NCBI RefSeq assembly: GCF_006345805.1
Contig: NW_021834419.1
Span: 1-47,976, forward strand
Source: Octopus sinensis
Taxonomy: Eukaryota
Reading direction: 5' to 3'
Length of the DNA stretch: 47,976 nucleotides
Made by a program: the position numbers and the translations under genes. Numbering within the stretch: position 1 is the first letter of the stretch; each line of letters opens with the position of its first letter. Below are positions 24,488-37,349 of this stretch, one piece after another. The notes beneath the pieces were generated by a model, which was not told the origin of the DNA, did not search any database, and saw only the letters and a program-made list of their open reading frames with translations.

Positions 24488-27400
24488 CTAAGTATTTTGA
24501 ATTTTTTCAATTTTGCTTTTCAAATCTACAAAAAATAATAATTATTTTATAATATATAAAAATTTATGGTAAAAATATTTTACTTTTCATAAGTATATCC
24601 ATAGAATTCTCATCATTAGTTTTTTTCTGTACACTTTCTTTCCGATTTTTAGTATTTTTCCGAGGCTATTAAAATCAATTAAAATAATAAACTACCTCTT
24701 TGAGGCATCGATTAATGCTTAATTCATGTTTTGCTTTTGCTATCTAATGCTTGATATATAAATTAGAATAACCTTATACATTCGAATGAAATTGTCCAAA
24801 ATCAAAAAAATGGAAATCAGCTCTGTCTTATTAGGAAGTTCTCCAAAATATAAAATTAGTTTCTTCGACATTTCCTAAATTGGATCCATTTAAAAAATAC
24901 AAACATTTAGCTCGGAAACCTTTTCTTTTAAAGATTTGATTTCATTGTCGTATATTTTTATGAATTTGTTTAGGTTATCTGAAGCCGACTTTTGGTTTAT
25001 GGAACTTTGATTTTTTATGATATTGTAAGATTTTTCAAGTTCTCCGAATTTAAATGAAATATCTTCAATTGACGCTAAAGTAAAATAGTAATAAGTACAG
25101 CCAGTATTTATGATTTCTGTCAAGTCTGGAAAATCTTCATAGAAAGAATATGCGTGATTAAACGATTTGTGAACAATTTTTACTAAATAGTCCAAAAGAG
25201 AATCTTGACGATCGAAAGACTTTATTGTGTACAACTAAATTTAAAATATATTAATTACAACCTTGTCCAAAGATTTCATACGAAATCCAGATTGAAATGA
25301 CTTTTTTCCGAAATTCATGAAATTTCCAATACATAGTATAATCTGAATTGAATTAAAAATTATTACTTTCATAATTTCTGCTAAATTATGTGATTTTCCG
25401 ATTTGATTTATATTCTTTTTCATGTTGGAGATGCTCTAAAAAGATATAATTATGTTATTTTACTTTTAATAAAGTTTTAGAACTATCTTCAAAACTAGAC
25501 ATAAAAAGTATAGATTTTATTTTTATCTCCAAATTGTTTACTTGAACAAACTAGAAAATATTTTATTACATAAATTAAAAAAACCTTAATAAAAAACTTT
25601 TCCTGGTCAGAAAGTTTAGAAATAGTAGAAGGATTCTCGATATAGGATTCAAATAAAGATTTCTTAAAATAAAAACAGAATCTAACCTCTTCATCAGTTG
25701 GTATAAGTTGGGGTATGACTTCAAGGTGGTCCATTTTGATGTAATTCCAATCAAAACTTTAATTAAAATAATAAGAAAAAACTTATTAATCGCTTTAAAG
25801 TCTTCCTCCAACTGATTCGAAAGAGTCCTTTTTGCAATTTCTTTAAAAATAGATAGGAATTTATTAACCAATGTTCCGAAGTCTATCTTTCGGAAGTATA
25901 GTACTTTTTACGATATTTGTATCCTTCTTTAATTCTGTCTTGATTTCACTAGCATCTTGAGCATAAAACAAATCGGTAAGGCGATTCAAATCTATTTTCT
26001 ACAAAGAAGTAATTTACAATCCAAAATATACTTTATAAAATGAACTTTCGTCGATTTTCCCAAATATTGTAACAACATTCTCTTCATTAGTGATATCATC
26101 CCAATGAAATGGTTTCATTGATTTTGATGGTTTAGGTACTTTATCATTAATTATTATTTCTTTAGGAGTTGGAATTGTTTTTAATGGATCTGGTGGCAAA
26201 GGGACTCCAGGGACACAACTCATTTTTGGAGGAGGTGGAGGAATAGGTATGGTTCCATTTTCGTTAGAAGAATTTGGAAGTTTTGTTTGAAGTGGCGGGG
26301 GAGGAGGTGGAACAGGAGAATCTGGCGCTTTGGAAGAATCTGGCGCCTTTACAACAAAGGGGGGTGGGGGAGGTGGAACAAAGGCGTCGTTCTTTGAGTC
26401 AAAAGAAACGATTGATTTCATCATTGATTTTGATGAGCATGTAGATAAAGTATTAATATAATCACTAGCACGTGAACTTTTTTCTGAGGACGGGGCGGGG
26501 GGAGGTATTTTTTTACTGAAGATAACATTCGACATTTTTTCAGCATTTGATGCTAAATTATTATATTTTAAGCGTTCAATACCAAAAGCAGGTCTTTGCT
26601 CTTGTTGACGTTGTTCTACTTGATGTGATCTGCGGAGAGTTCCAGACTGAAAATGTTTTGATTTCATCGTTGTGTTTTGTAAATTTTGATTTGAAGGTAA
26701 TATTTTGGGCTGTTTTAAATGTTTATTTAAAATTTGATCTAAACAAAGTTAAATCAATTATAACCTTTAAATTCGTCAATTACTATTAAACACTAAAATA
26801 AAATAAAATTCATATGTATTTACTTTCAAATATTCTCTGTCCATGTTAGATATTTGTTCTTTTAGATTACTGACTTTCACTTGGTTTTTCGCAATGTATT
26901 CCCTTCTTTTATTATATTTAATGACATATGTCCTGAGACTGCTCCCTGATAGAGCAGCCATACTCTAAATTATTTTTAGAAACAGCTTTTATACGTTTAT
27001 TTGTTTTTCAAATTCATTTATCCTTGTATAATATTGAATTTTGATTCTAGTAGAAAATAAAGCCTGCTCGTTCAATATTAAATCTGCAAATTTGATCAAT
27101 TTTTTCTAAATTGACTTTATTTTTAACATCACATACAATATGATCAATTTCACCATGTTTTAAAACGTGACATATCACATCAAATCGAAATGAATCCAAA
27201 TCAGCCTATATATTTAAATTACTTATTTTTAACTTCGTATAATTTAATGATTGTTGATGTTACAAAATTTGTTGCTTTCTGTTTTTTGCAAAGTGTTGTC
27301 AATATTTGTACCATAGATGCTGTTATCCTAGAACTTTAAAGAATAATCATATAAACCTTATGTTTCCTACCATCGTAAACTTAATAAAATTTTCAATTAA

Positions 27401-28123
27401 ATTTGGCACATCTAAGATTTCCAACACATTTGACTATTAATTTAAAAATCTATTTAAAAATTACAGTTTTATTAAATATTTCTTCTAGTGAATCTACGAG
27501 AATGCATATGCAATCAACGATTTTTTGATTTTTTGAATTTAAATTGCTGTTCAGAATATTAATATTTTTTTCCAGTAGATACTTTTGTGATTTGTTTGTT
27601 TGAGAAGCTTTTCTAATTTTATTTAAGCATTTATAGATACAATTGACCAATTAGAAAAACGAGAGTTTGTAATAATAGTTCGAATCCGTTAGCCTCTGAA
27701 AATTCCTGGACCAATCTAAACATTTTTGAATCATTAGATTATATTATACGTTTCGATTTTGTTCCCAATAAGTTGTTTAAAAGCCATTAAGTTGTTGTAG
27801 AGTTTATCAAACGCAGATTTCTATTATTTAATTTTATCCGAGCCAATACTTTTTTAATCAAAATTGGTGAAATTTCGTCAATTATAAGGCCAAGTGGAAT
27901 TTTGAATGAAAATTCCTTCTAATAAATTATAATTTAAAATCATTCACGAACCCGAATATTTGTATGCCTTTGCTCAATATGTGAAAAACCATGGTTTATT
28001 GTTGAGTTAAATGTCTAATAGAGTAACATAAAGTCATATTTAAATTACTGATGGGTTTTTATTCAAGGAATTAAATGAATTTAGAGAAATTCCACTCTTC
28101 AAAGAATTTCCTATAGAAGACAT
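24488..28123 (-). CDS. Diaphanous-related formin (N-terminal regulatory region, FH1, FH2, DAD-like end), multi-exon
   Basis: Polyproline FH1 at about 26190-26505; FH2 start KSMKPFHWDDI; LIPTDEE, LSDQEKF, IL.IGNFMN, GFRMKSLDK, SLLDYLV; C-terminal MDILMKNL; start codon approximate. Confidence 0.9.
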
Positions 28124-29199
28124 GTGGAAATCCGCTCACATCTGGTAATTTAAATCTTAAAATTGCGCATTAAATTTTTCTATAAAAGACGACATTTTAT
28201 AATTTGAGTTTTCTGCTAATTTTAAACAAACGAGTCTTTTGACACACAATTTAGTATAATTAGGTATCTTTTTGCATTCATTATTAAAAATTCTCATTTA
28301 GTTATTTTTAGACTATGAGTTGCTATTGAATGTAGGAACTGTATTAAAAAACTGAGGAAGTAATTAATGGAAGTATTATATATCATCAGGATTTGGTATT
28401 TTGATTTTGTGTTTAAAAATAAGTTTAAAATTAATTTTCTTAATTATGTTGTATTACATTCTGAATAAAATACACGCTGAATAATTGCATTCTTTAATTT
28501 TATTGAAATCAAAAATGTACACAACAAAATATTTAATTATTTAAACCAACCATACTCAATTTATGCTGTTGGGGTATACGTTTGAATTTTGTTATTTCGT
28601 TTTAGGTTAGGCTAAAAGTTGCTCCATTTCCCCTTCATCGATTCTTCAATAATTTTCAACAAGATCAGAATAAAATGTATTATTGCAACTAAATTGAAAC
28701 AAGTAACTCACAAATTAATCAAGGAATCTGTTTTAGAAACTTAACTCTTTAATTTATGGTCACGGCAAATTTTTCATTAATGATTGACTCGCGAAAATTG
28801 ACGACAATTTTGAATTTTATTTTTTAATACAAATTAAAAAAATAAAAATTTAGTTAACACATGTCTCCCAGTTTCTCTCGTCGATTCTATAATCGGCTTA
28901 CTTTAAAGAAAAAAATGAAATTGTTAAAGAACAAAATTTTGTGGCAGCGATTAGGTGCAAGATTCTCAAGCATATTCCAAAATACAATATCAAGAATAAC
29001 AATAATAATCTTTTACTTAAGATGAACTGTATTTTAAAAGATTCTAAAAATTTTAACCTTCTTTTAAAACTGCGCATTTTATGTCTACTGTAGCATGAAG
29101 TTAATGTTTTTATATTTAAGCTATAGAGGATACGAGTTCAAGTGACAAAAGCATTTGAGTTTTGTTGATTACATGCAAAACGTCGATGAAAGTCATCTG

Positions 29200-29860
29200 T
29201 GGATCACAAACTGCTAGCAAAGCACGGATCTCCCGGTAACCCAATGGGTCATATGAGCTATTATTTAACAAGGAGGAGAACTTTCAATTTTCAGAACGAT
29301 TGGGACCAAACACAGCCCCGAAGAATTTGTGGACATTCGATTTAGATGGTCATTCCTATCAATGCCGAGTTCATTGTCGGAAAATCTTGTACTGGGCTAG
29401 AGATTGTTATCTGGCAAAAATCCTGTCGAGTGTAATCTGCTTCTTATGTGAGGGGGTATACATGAATCGGAAAAATGTCGAACCGGAACGGAAGTTAATC
29501 GGGATAACAGGTGAGCACCAAAAATGGCAGGCAAATGAGTATTTCGAAAGCTCGTTAAGTTCGAGGGAGGAAAATGGAACTGATCAATGACTCTCGATTT
29601 GGACTGCAAACAAATCCGATTTGTGTGTCACAGAATGTGAGCACAGTGAAGGAGTCTCAGTACAGAAAACTGTCAAAAGAATGCCGATTTCAAATGAAAC
29701 CCGCATGAGAAACAAGCTTTTAAAATGACTGGAAAGCCTATCATTAATGGGTCTCCTTTATCCAAAATGTCGACGCTCCCAAGTGAGGTCAGTCGCCGAA
29801 TGCAAAAGGATTTATTGTACTATGATCTGGATCGTCTTAAGAAAAAAATTTATGCTTGAT
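29200..29860 (+). mobile_element. Possible LTR-retrotransposon gag remnant
   Basis: Two degenerate zinc-knuckle-like motifs (HCRKILYWARDC, CFLCEGVYM) in an intronless GC-richer patch with stops. Confidence 0.3.
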
Positions 29861-30389
29861 TACTATATTTGGGTTAGCACTGAATGATACACTTTAGCCT
29901 TTTGTTTTTATCCCTCCGTAAACAATTCTTTCTTGTTCTTTGAGATTTTGGGTTTTTTGGGCAATTAAATTTAAAGCAATTTAATTGAGAAATTACGCAT
30001 AAACTTAAGTTCCCAAAGCTTGAAAAGAAATTGGTTAAATGAATGGAGGTAATGAAGTTTAAAAATACTCTCAGAGAAATCAATTTTTAGGTGGTCTATG
30101 AATGATGCTTTAATATCTACAAAGGTAGCATTTTTGCGGATGATTTACAACTTAGTAATTCCATAAATTCTAATGGATAATTTCATAAATTCTTTATCAT
30201 ATTTCTTAGAATAAAAATAATTTTTTAATTTTTGTTCATCTAATGTTAATTTTTGGATGGCCATCAAGTTTATGAAGTGTGAAAAATTTTAGTTGCGGTT
30301 TATCGCTTCGAAGAATATTTGATCATTTTGGTGTATTAATTTTTTAATTGAATATAAAATTTTTTTAATCGTGAATTTTTATTAGCAAG

Positions 30390-31142
30390 ATGTTCAAGGC
30401 TGTTATTAAAACTATATTAATAAGCATTAATCTGCTTCTTTTGGGGGTAGTTGAGTTTCAATAACAAATTAGGTAATTTCTGTTGTAAGCTTGTATATTG
30501 GAATTTCCAATATATATCAAACATTTAATAATCATTATTTAAGAACTGTAAAATTTGTTGCATTAACTATTGGTCTTATATCAATCGTTGGATTAATTTC
30601 CGGAATCATATATTCAGTCAAAAAGAAAGGATTTCTTGCTAGACTTTTGGTAATAATTGAATATATTAAAATAGTTCATATCATCACTTTTTATCATTTT
30701 CCTCATGATATTTGGAACAACCGTCGCATATTGCGCTGAAGAAAAGACAGTTATTATTTTACACATTATTCTTAGTTTTTAAATGCATTAAAAAATCAAT
30801 TTCTAACAGCAGTAAAAACATATCCAAAAAATAAGAATATGGTTGACTCCTATCAATATATGCTTAAATGCTGTGGTTCTTCATCTGCATCAGATTTTAA
30901 TGGAAATTTGCCAAATAGTTGCTGTTTAAATGCTCCTTGTACTATTATCAATTCATATCAAGTTGTTACATGTTCTAGTACTAAGCTTTAGGGATGCAAT
31001 AAAAAAATAGAATCTCAATCGAAACAATATAAAATTTATTTGATTTTAGGAACTATTACGATTTGTCTAATAACGGTTAGTCATTTTGATTATTTTTTAG
31101 GTGGCTGGAATGTTTTCAAAACACACAAAAGCTAATAAATAG
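30390..31142 (+). CDS. Tetraspanin (paralog 2), multi-exon
   Basis: MFKAVIKTILISINLLLLG...; YQYMLKCCG...DF...LPNSCC...C...GC; five short GT-AG introns; TAG at 31140-31142. Confidence 0.9.
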
Positions 31143-31601
31143 TCGAAAATCTTTCACTAATTAATATAATTCTAATTCACTTTACTAACATAGTTTTCGA
31201 ATTTTTAGGAAATTGTTATAGTCGTTTGATTTTAAATGAATAAAATTATACTTTATGACGAAATAACTAGGAGATAAACTAAATTTTTTTTAAGCTTTCT
31301 TGGATTAAAAATTAAAAATTTTTATTTTCGTTAACTAAGTTTAACTCAGGCATTGATTAAAAATTCAACTCGTTCTAAGAAATACTCAGACTTCATCTTT
31401 ATTATTAATTTAAAATAAAATAACGTAGATTTTAAATGCACTGTAACATTTAATGTTTGAAATTAGAAAATAACAATTATGCTCTACAGCACTTATTGTA
31501 TTGACAGTGATAAGAATTTAAAGATTTTCATTTTAATTATCTTTATTAGTATTATAATACTTCTTGGAATAAAAATAATTTTTAAATTTTTGTTATTTAA
31601 A

Positions 31602-32291
31602 ATGTGTGCTCTTATAGTTGCTCCTTCTGGTGGTCCTATACCGACTAATGCCGTAAGATATTCTGACGAAGAAATTTATAAAATTCAACAAAAATATATT
31701 TCAAACAAACAAATATTTTCGGAAATGTAATTTTTCTTATAATATAAATAGATGGCCTTTTAAAATAGGGAATTACATGGCTGCAGGAATGGCTGGTTTA
31801 TCCGGGCTATATTTGACTGATTATATCAAAAGATTTTTCAGGTATAATCACAGATTTGAGAGGTTTTAAATAGAATTGAAAGACGATATACATTTATGAT
31901 TAGTTATCTCAGTTCCTCATTAATTCCAGCTACTATTGCATATGTATTTTACACCGAAAATACCAAAAAACAATTAATCGGTCGTCTTTCGTGCAAATCC
32001 TGTGGATTATTAAAAGTCAGTATTTCTCAATTTGGATTTGGAATTGCTTATCCTCTTATCATGTCACATATTACTGGATTTTTTGCTCTTCGGAAACATA
32101 TTTTGCCAACTTTGCCTTCATTTGGAAATTTTCGGGAATTTTACGGATTTATGTTTCAGCCTTATCGAGCAAATTATTTATTTATAATTGCATTGGCAGT
32201 TGCTCAAATTGCGTTAATATCGTTTATTTTTAATCGACAATACGTCTGTTGGGAAAAGACACTTATTCCTTCTATTTGCAAGAATTTATGA
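31602..32291 (+). CDS. TMEM126: TMEM126-family mitochondrial inner-membrane protein (complex I assembly factor)
   Basis: Spliced over two mini-introns: N-terminal PIP.NA..Y..EE...IQ, WPF..G, and CKSC...K.S..Q...GI.YP motif recalled as characteristic of TMEM126. Confidence 0.72.
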
Positions 32292-32380
32292 CTATTTTGG
32301 ATTTCTTAATTTGTTTTAATTAATATTTTTATTATTTAATGTAAGGTTTGGTTTATTTAAACTAAAAATATTTGTAGCTA

Positions 32381-32984
32381 TGTCGCGAGCGCAGCGCGCG
32401 ACCGAGCGCTAGACGCGACTTTGACACCTAACAAGCCTATCATCAACAAATATATTTATTAATTATTTAAAATTTTAACATGATTTAAAATTAAAATTGA
32501 AATAACTTAAGTTTTCCATTGAATCCCATAAAATAATTATAAGTAGACCTAATAGAAAAAGTAAAATCAATGAATACTGAACGCTAATTTGGTTTAGGTT
32601 GTGAGGGGGTAATAATTTGACAGATCTCATTGCTATTTTTTCGTTTTAATCTCTAAAATTAGGTCTTCTAATCAAAAATGAACTGTGCAGACAGGCTTGC
32701 TCCTTCAGAAGATTCTTGTTTTGACATTTTTATAAATTATGAAGCATTTAGATTTTTTCTCATTATTCTAAAATATCAATTATAAATGTTAAAATATTAT
32801 TTTTATTTATGAAATCGGTTTTAAAGCTCATTCTGCTTTGGCATCGATTTTAATTTTTGTTATCGAATATATTTAATCCCAAATACAAGCTTGGGTATTT
32901 GTCAATTTATAGATTTTTTGATTGATCGGATCTAGAAATTGAGTGGTCGCTCGCTGCGCTCGGTCGCTCGCTGCGCTCGCGACA
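32381..32984. mobile_element. Unclassified non-autonomous inverted-repeat (MITE-like) element
   Basis: About 29-bp GC-rich inverted repeats TGTCGCGAGCGCAGCG(C/A)GCGACCGAGCGC with one mismatch, TA on both outer sides, AT-rich non-coding interior. Confidence 0.8.
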
Positions 32985-33030
32985 TAATATAAAATGAATT
33001 TTTAAATATTTAATTTAAATTATTAAATAT

Positions 33031-34316
33031 TATTATTATTATTAGCACTGTCATAGGAACATAATGTAATTTAAACTAATTAAGTTCCCACATGTGCCAC
33101 ATATGAGACTATCTTTTCGGTCATAATTTTCCATGATGTGCGGTTGTATGCTATACTCCTGAGAGTATCTAGGTCGTCTCCATTTTTCAGTTGTCTTTTA
33201 ACGCGTTGTAGTTCTTTTGAGATTACAATAGGTAATGTATTTCGTGGGCGTCCTCGGGACGCAGATCTTTCGTCCTTTGCGTAATATGATTCCATTGCCC
33301 AGTTAGCATAGACATCCTGGTCGAGTCTTAGAATGTGGCCCAATAGGCGCCAACGTGCTTCGGTAATGTCCACACTGACGGGTCTGCTGTTGCAGATATT
33401 GTATAGGGTGGAGTTCTTGATTTTCTTTGGCCAGTTGATGCCAATAAGAATTCTTAACTGTCTTCTATGGAATGCATCAAGAGATTTTGATTCAGACTCA
33501 GATATTCCCCATGTTCCTCCGTTGTACAAAAGTATGGGTTTAATAAAAGCATTGTATAATTTGGCACGTAAGGCCGTTCCAACCTCGCGGTTTCGTAGCC
33601 AAGTGGTCCGCAGTTTGTTAAGTGCAACAGTCGATAGCATCTTTCTCCTCATAATGTCTTCACTATCTCCTAAAAGAGTTCCAACTTTTTTCGAGTTTCG
33701 CCATTTTTCGTCTGTTCTATTTGCCTCCCGGTTGATTGTTACATATTCGGTTTTTTCTATGTTCACTTTTAAGAACCATTTTTCCAGTGCATGAGGAGCA
33801 ATGTTCAGCAGTTCTTCGAGTGTCGACTTATCATGAGACAAAAAGTCTACATCGTCGGCATATATCACTTCAGTTATTGAAGTAGTCTTCACTAGTTTTC
33901 TCAGATCTCTTAGTGCCGCTTCAAGATAGACAATGAATAGTACAGGTGATATTGAATCACCTTGGGGCGTTCCAATGCTTGTTTTGAAAGATCTTGATTG
34001 TACGGGTCCGATCTTCACCGTTAACTCGGTGTCTATAAGTAGTGCTCGAACCATTCTGATCGAGTCATTGTCAAGAATGGTTTTGAGGATCTCCATTAGC
34101 TTGTCTCTGCGGATTGTATCAAATGCCCTGCTCATATCAATGCCCAATATTGTGGTCGCCATTTTAAATTTCTGAGATATGGCACAGATCCATCTATGTC
34201 CCCATACTACATCTGCAGTTGATCGCCCAGGCCTGAATCCACTTTGGCTAGCCGACAGATATTCATTAACAGGGTCCTTAATACGTTCCAGTGTTACGAG
34301 TGAAAAGATTTTCCTT
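33031..34316 (-). mobile_element. 5'-truncated RTE-clade non-LTR retrotransposon with uninterrupted RT frame
   Basis: QSGFRPGRSTAD, GIDMSRAFD, GTPQGDSISP.LF, YADD, LGHILR, RGRPR; (TAA)n tail; 12-bp direct repeat ATTATTAAATAT at 33019-33030 and 34317-34328. Confidence 0.95.
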
Positions 34317-34378
34317 ATTATTAAATATAAAAATTAAATTGTTAGCGATAGTTTTATAAATTTAATAAAAATTTTCGA

Positions 34379-34783
34379 CTAAGGCAGATTTGTTGGAGGA
34401 TTATAACTTTCACATTTTAATTGTACCTCAGTCTTAAGTTTGCCATAAACCATTCCATCTTCATCGTGAGAATATGCTTTCACAATCTCAATAGGACTTT
34501 TATTTGTCTTGATAAGATAATTTCCGGATCCACATGCTCCGACAAGTGTACTGTCATTCCCAATAAAAACTGTTTTTTCTTGAAATTTATATTTTGCCCA
34601 TTCATTTTCAATAAGACCAGTATAAACAAGTAAATATCGTTGATAATCGTTTAATGTCGTAGCCGTATATTTCCAGCATTCTAAATCAATTATTTCAGTT
34701 TTTGTTTTTAGATTTAGGCTTGAAATTTCTAAAATTGCATTTAAAACAAAACATATAAAAAATAAAATACAAAAGCTCTTCAT
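34379..34783 (-). CDS. Hypothetical secreted protein, 134 aa, intronless
   Basis: ATG-to-TAG ORF far longer than expected by chance in this AT-rich DNA; N-terminal MKSFCILFFICFVLNA resembles a signal peptide; no family recognised. Confidence 0.65.
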   Translation of the reverse strand: MKSFCILFFICFVLNAILEISSLNLKTKTEIIDLECWKYTATTLNDYQRYLLVYTGLIENEWAKYKFQEKTVFIGNDSTLVGACGSGNYLIKTNKSPIEIVKAYSHDEDGMVYGKLKTEVQLKCESYNPPTNLP

Positions 34784-35406
34784 CTTAAAATGAAATTTAC
34801 GTATCTCTAAATTTGTATTTAAGCAGAAATTAACTAATTTCTTAATTAATATATTTGTAAATATCTCTATTTAGAAATTTAATTTTCGATGCTCACGTAA
34901 TGGAGAATACTTTCGGAATTGATTTGTTTTTGTTGGCTATCAAAAAAGTGTTATTTTATAGCTGCAGTACACTCTTTATTTTATTTCTCTACAAAATACA
35001 TTTTTCCTTCCTATAGAATACTCTGAGATATTCCGTAAATTAAAAAAAATATTATTAGAAATTTGTATTTTCTTATTAATTTAATTTAGTAAATTATAAA
35101 TAATACACTTTTTAACACGTTTTCTAGTTTTATTCTTAGTTGGTCTTATGCTAAAAATGTCGTTTATGTCGCTTTTTGTTTTTAGTATGTTTAAAGGTTT
35201 TTATAGGCGTTTTTGGTTGTTAATGTATATATTTAAATTAAGTTTGTATGTCTCTTATACTTGATGAAAATCTGTGCTCAGATTTATATGCTGATTCATT
35301 CACGCTGATCTGATATATATTGAGACTTTTAAAATTTAATTTAACTTTTTAAAAATATTAAATCAATTTATTTAAAATTTATTTGTTTTGATTGTTACTC
35401 TGTTTC

Positions 35407-36314
35407 ATGTTGCAAAATGGCCCTATAACAGCGATCTCTGTAGTTTCTGATGATTTGAGAACTCCTGACAATTTCATTACAGTTATTATTTATGATTTAT
35501 ATAAAAACAGCTTTTCACCACAAATGGAGGCGAAGATGCCGATATTGGCTGGTCTACCACATTTAAACGAAAAAAACGATATTTAGCTATTTCTAGGGTC
35601 TTTTTACATTTTATATTTTAGGAAGAAACAAATTACGTTGTTTCTGACGTGGTAATATTCGACGAAAATTCTCCCACTCCAAATGATTATATTCCCATCA
35701 CTATGACAAATAATAGTTTTAATTTTATTATTAAATCGAACAGATAAAGACAAGGCATTGAAGAATAAAATAATTTTAGTAAGATATGAACAATCCGCTC
35801 GGGCAGAAAATATTCTTGTGGATATTATACTATCAACCACACCTTGCCCTCCTGGAGGATATTTTCTGATTGGGTATTTTTAATATATTAATTAAAATAA
35901 TTGTTTAATACACTTTTATGTAGTGAGGTGAATAGAATTTCAATTTTTGGTAGGCTACAACAAAAATCTACAACACGGTATTTATTAGATTTATAATTTT
36001 CTAAAAGTTTGTCTATTCCGAATGTGGTTCCATTTAAGAAGAGTTTATGCAATGAATCGTATATGTATTTAAATGTGAATTTAGGGTTTTGGACATTAGT
36101 AGATTGCTGTTTAAGTTTGACAAATCATTGGAGGAATCTCTCTATAGCGATCAGGTTTTTCTTGTTTGATTGAAAATTATTTAGTCTTGTATTTTAAATG
36201 AGACTTGGAATTGGTTTAATGCTTATAAGTTTCTCTTTTGTCTGATTTTTTAGATCAAAAAATTGGTATTTTGATTTTGACTTGGAAAATAACTTTCTTA
36301 ATTCTTTAACTTAA
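35407..36314 (+). CDS. MVB12: MVB12-like ESCRT-I subunit (MABP domain plus UMA-like C-terminus), multi-exon
   Basis: Spliced over eight short introns: PITAISVVSD...P.NF...T..GEDADI....FKRKKRYLAISR...VVSDVVI...ILVDIIL.....PP.GYFLIGEVN; C-terminal YFDFDLEN. Confidence 0.82.
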
Positions 36315-36589
36315 TTTTCTTTTTTAATTTGTATTAATAATATGCGATAATTTATTTTGGTGCCGAAAAATTAGCATGTCTGTCCACTCAATAAATTAGT
36401 CTTATAATTATTTTAATATCGAGTAATTAAGTCAAAATATGCGTTGAATATATTGATGGATCTGACAAAAAATTCACTCAAAACAATTTAAAAAGTAGTT
36501 AAAAATCATCTCAGCATTTTTCTAATAAATAATTGATAAGTCCATGTTTTCCAAACTTCAAATTAGCCCGGAAGATTTCAATATGTTTA

Positions 36590-36960
36590 CATACTTCACG
36601 AATTATCTCTTTTTTATTGACAACGTGAAAATAGTTACTCTCAAAGATGTGCTAGTCAAAATGATGGAGGTTGTTAATAGATTTTTTGAATTTAGAAATG
36701 AATTCTGAAAAATCAGCATTTAATGTGGCATCTTTCCCATGCTCTGAGACTCTCGGTGAAATCAACGGATATCGGTACTTTAGTCTACGTAACGACAGCA
36801 GAATTAATGTTTCCAAGAATTAATAGACTCCATAGTGGAGAGTATCAAGACGAGGATAACTATATTGTCACAAATAAATAGGTAGGAGCAATTTTTGGTA
36901 GTGTAGATTGTAAATCTTCGCAAAATTAAAAAACAATTTATACTAAAAATATTTGAACTT
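36590..36960 (+). mobile_element. RLE-clade RT fragment, degraded
   Basis: NYLFFIDNVKI (decayed F.DD motif), LEMNSEKSAFN, GYRYF. Confidence 0.55.
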
Positions 36961-37349
36961 TGGATTTACATAAAATGGAGATTGTACAGAGTCACTACCA
37001 AGGTGTATTGTATGCAGTAAAATTCTTTCAAATAATAGAATGGCCCCTTCTAAGGTGAATGCTCCCTTCTACTTCTGTGAGGACAGGGAGAAGTAAGAAA
37101 GTCAGAATACGAGCCATCCGGCTAGCTCATGGCTTAGGATGGCGAAGGGAGCTTTCAACGCCCAGGAATTGTCCCTCAAAGGCCTCCCTGAGGTCCTAGA
37201 GAAGATAATCTTAGCTTGTAGTTAAGAGGTGAGCGTTTGTGCGGGACTGAAAAGGCAGGAATGCCGAAGGTCTTTATCTGCTTTCTACTAACAGCCTCTA
37301 TTTAAAAAAATATTTTTTTCTTCTTCAAACAATTATGTTAGCCTAATGG

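Noticed and set aside
33333-34175. Plus-strand ORFs of 153 and 80 aa
   Set aside because: Antisense shadows of the RTE reverse transcriptase
37035-37070. ATGGCCCCT resembling U6 snRNA
   Set aside because: No ACAGAGA box and no other U6 similarity
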